From assembly GCA_963821875.1 (NCBI GenBank), contig CAWGFE010000002.1, positions 330,387 through 394,386 on the forward strand: 64,000 bases of DNA. The letters are read 5' to 3'. Shown here in pieces: positions 61,640-64,000 of the stretch. The notes below the pieces were generated by a model. That model was not told the origin of the DNA. It saw only the letters and a program-made list of their open reading frames with translations, and searched no databases. Numbering within the stretch: position 1 is the first letter of the stretch; every line of letters begins with the position of its first letter. Origin of the DNA: an uncultured Alphaproteobacteria bacterium. Its GTDB lineage: Bacteria; Pseudomonadota; Alphaproteobacteria; CAVTAV01. Position numbers and translations under genes: made by a program.

Positions 61640-63160
61640 TTATCGCACCGTAACGAGCCGCCGATAGCCCAGCGCCTCGGCGATATGGACGCGCGAGATG
61701 GTTTCCGCGCCGGCGAGATCGGCGAGGGTTCGGGCGACGCGCAAAACGCGGTGATAGCCGCGCGCCGACAGCTTCATGCGTTCGGCGGCATCGGCCAGGA
61801 GCTTGCGCCCGCCCTCATCCGGCGCGGCGATCCGGTTGAGAAGGTCGCCGTCGGCCGTGGCGTTGGTGCGCTGCTCCGGCCCGCAGCCGAGGGACCGGAA
61901 CCGTGCCGTTTGCATGTCCCGCGCGGTGGCGACCCGCTCGCCGACCACGCGGGAATCTTCGGCGGGCGGCGGCAGCGTCAGATCGGCGGCGCTGACGGCG
62001 GGCACTTCGACGATGAGATCGATGCGGTCGTATAGCGGCCCCGAGATCCGCGACTGGTAATCCGCACCGCATTTCGGGGCGCGCGAGCACGCCATCGCCG
62101 CATCGTCGAGATAACCGCAGCGGCAGGGATTCATCGCGGCGATGAGCTGGAACCGCGCCGGATAGGCGATATGCGCGTTGACCCGCGCGACCACCACCTC
62201 GCCGGTCTCGAGCGGCTGGCGCAGCGAGTCGAGCACCGGGCGGGCGCATTCCGGCAACTCGTCGAGAAACAGCACGCCGAGATGGGCGAGCGAGATCTCG
62301 CCCGGCTTGGCCCGTTGGCCGCCGCCGATCAGCGCCGGCATGGAGGCCGAATGATGCGGCGCGCGGAACGGCCGCCGCCTCGAGAGCCGGCCGCCCGCCA
62401 GCAGGCCGGCGACGGACTGGATCATGGAAACCTCCAGCGCCTCCTGCGGGGTCAAGGGCGGCAGAAGGCCCGGCAGGCAGGCGGCGAGCATGGATTTGCC
62501 CGCGCCGGGCGGGCCGATCATCAGGAAATTATGACCGCCCGCCGCCGCCACTTCGAGCGCCCGCTTGGCCGATTCCTGGCCCTTGATGTCCTTGAGATCC
62601 GGCATCGCCTCGTCGTCTTCGGCGAGCTGGGGCGCGGGCGGCGAAAGGACCTGCGTGCCTTTGAAATGATTGACCAGCGCGAGCAAGCTTTGCGGCGCGA
62701 GGATTTCGATCTCGCCGGCCCAGGCCGCTTCCGAGCCGCAGGCGGCCGGACAGATCAGGGACTTCTCCTCGGCCGAGGCGGCAAGCGCGGCGGGCAGCAC
62801 CCCGGCCACCGCCGCCACCTGGCCGTCGAGCCCCAATTCGCCGAGCACGGAATAGCCCGCGATTTCGTCCTCCGGCAGCACGCCCATGGTGACGAGCAGG
62901 CCGAGCGCGATCGGCAGGTCGTAATGACTGCCTTCCTTGGGCATGTCGGCGGGCGCGAGATTGACCGTGATGCGTTTGGGCGGCAGCGCGAGACCGATGG
63001 CCGAAAGCGCCGCCCTCACCCGCTCGCGCGATTCCGCCACCGCCTTGTCCGGCAGGCCGACGATCGTGAACGCCGGCAGCCCCGAGGCGATATGCACCTG
63101 CACATCGACGGGCTTTGCCTCGATGCCCAGAAAGGCGACCGTGGAAACATGCGCGACCAT
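61640..63160 (-). CDS. YifB/ComM-family Mg-chelatase-like AAA+ ATPase
   Basis: N-terminal Lon-like domain (VHIASGLPAFTIVGL). Walker A GPPGAGKS. C-terminal Mg-chelatase ChlI-like region. 506 aa. Confidence 0.9.
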   Translation of the reverse strand: MVAHVSTVAFLGIEAKPVDVQVHIASGLPAFTIVGLPDKAVAESRERVRAALSAIGLALPPKRITVNLAPADMPKEGSHYDLPIALGLLVTMGVLPEDEIAGYSVLGELGLDGQVAAVAGVLPAALAASAEEKSLICPAACGSEAAWAGEIEILAPQSLLALVNHFKGTQVLSPPAPQLAEDDEAMPDLKDIKGQESAKRALEVAAAGGHNFLMIGPPGAGKSMLAACLPGLLPPLTPQEALEVSMIQSVAGLLAGGRLSRRRPFRAPHHSASMPALIGGGQRAKPGEISLAHLGVLFLDELPECARPVLDSLRQPLETGEVVVARVNAHIAYPARFQLIAAMNPCRCGYLDDAAMACSRAPKCGADYQSRISGPLYDRIDLIVEVPAVSAADLTLPPPAEDSRVVGERVATARDMQTARFRSLGCGPEQRTNATADGDLLNRIAAPDEGGRKLLADAAERMKLSARGYHRVLRVARTLADLAGAETISRVHIAEALGYRRLVTVR

Positions 63161-63374
63161 GGCGGCTCGATGGTGACGGCGTTGGGTTGGCGGGCCTCGA
63201 AGAAACGCAGGAACCTGCGCGCAAGAATTGTAGCCGGAAGTGACGCCCGGCCGCCACGATTGATTCCGACATTCGCTCGACGCAGGCGCCGTCCTTGGCG
63301 TTACGGGCGCGGGTGACTATGTTCCAACAGGTATGCCGCCAACGGGGCCGCGCGCTCTCAACCCAGAGGACACA

Positions 63375-64000
63375 TGGCGAAGATCAATCTGAAGAAGCAT
63401 GAGAAGAAGATTGCCGTGCGGCGTCTGCGCGCGAGCGACTATGAGGCCGTCCGCGCCCTGCAGGAGGAAGTTTTCCCCGGCGTATCGACCTGGACCAAGA
63501 CCCAGTTCGACAGCCAGCTCAGGACATTCCCGGCGGGCCAGCTCGGCGTCGAGATCAAGGGTAAACTCGTCGCGATTTCCTCCAGCATGCTGGTGAAAAG
63601 CGATGTCGCCATGTCGGCCCACGACTTCGACGAGATTACCGACAACTCCTATATCCGCAGCCATAACGAGAAGGGCGACTACCTTTACGGCATCGACATC
63701 GCAATTCTGCCCGAGTTTCGCGGCCAGAAGCTCGCGCGGCGGCTTTACGAGGCGCGCAAGGAGATCGTCCGGAGGCGCAATTTGAAGGGCATGATCATCG
63801 GCGGGCGCATCCCGAATTATCACAAGCACGCCAGTGAGATGAGCGCGGAGGATTATGTCGAGAAGGTCTGCGCCAAGGAGCTGGAGGATCCGGTTCTTTT
63901 CGCCCAGCTCGCCAATGAATTCGTCATCCGGCGGGTGATGCCCGATTACCTGCCGGAGGATCATGAATCCTGCGGCTATGCCGTACTGATGGAATGGACC
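63375..64000 (+). CDS. GNAT-family N-acetyltransferase-like protein, 3'-truncated at the window edge
   Basis: Open frame from ATG 63375 (MAKINLKKHEKKIAVRRLRASDYEAVRALQEEVFPG...) to the window end, with strong GC3 codon bias on the plus strand. The ORF track did not list it because it has no stop in the window. The listed minus-strand ORF 63317..63964 is its antisense shadow. Confidence 0.6.

Noticed and set aside
63317-63964. Minus-strand ORF of 215 aa listed in the track
   Set aside because: It is the antisense shadow of the plus-strand GNAT-like gene beginning at ATG 63375, which has the codon bias and recognisable GNAT features.

Overview
This 64 kb window is high-GC chromosomal DNA (about 63-68% GC in hand-counted 60-nt blocks). 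Its gene content and gene order point to an alphaproteobacterium of the Rhizobiales/Hyphomicrobiales type. The evidence is irr with an HHH motif, mucR/ros, a Rhizobium-type fur/mur, ada-alkB, the minus-strand run rimP-nusA-ylxR-infB-rbfA-truB-rpsO-pnp, and the block miaB-phoH-(7TM-HD)-ybeY-corC-lnt.

The window is dominated by housekeeping genes: coaBC (3' part)-dut, Rrf2-cysK-VOC-moeB, metK-trmB, tsaB-rimI, trpS, murJ, glnD, mutS, maeB, a PAS histidine kinase and ampG. I recognised no rRNA, tRNA, CRISPR array, integrase, transposase or phage gene. I did not find a clearly novel multi-gene system.

The stretches that stand out are:
- a consensus-like Irr ICE box in front of a rubrerythrin / CCG-domain Fe-S protein / DUF3501 operon, next to irr;
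- a fur gene split by a one-base frameshift;
- a lower-GC GNAT+Fic islet flanked by AT-rich DNA;
- a PgpH-like 7TM-HD gene between phoH and ybeY;
- an MFS transporter whose first transmembrane helix has no in-frame start codon;
- a perfect 17-nt tandem duplication covering a ribosome-binding site;
- several strong palindromic hairpins, including a perfect 11-bp palindrome over the pnp stop codon.

Every protein identification rests on motif and family recognition from the translations alone. Nothing was searched against a database.
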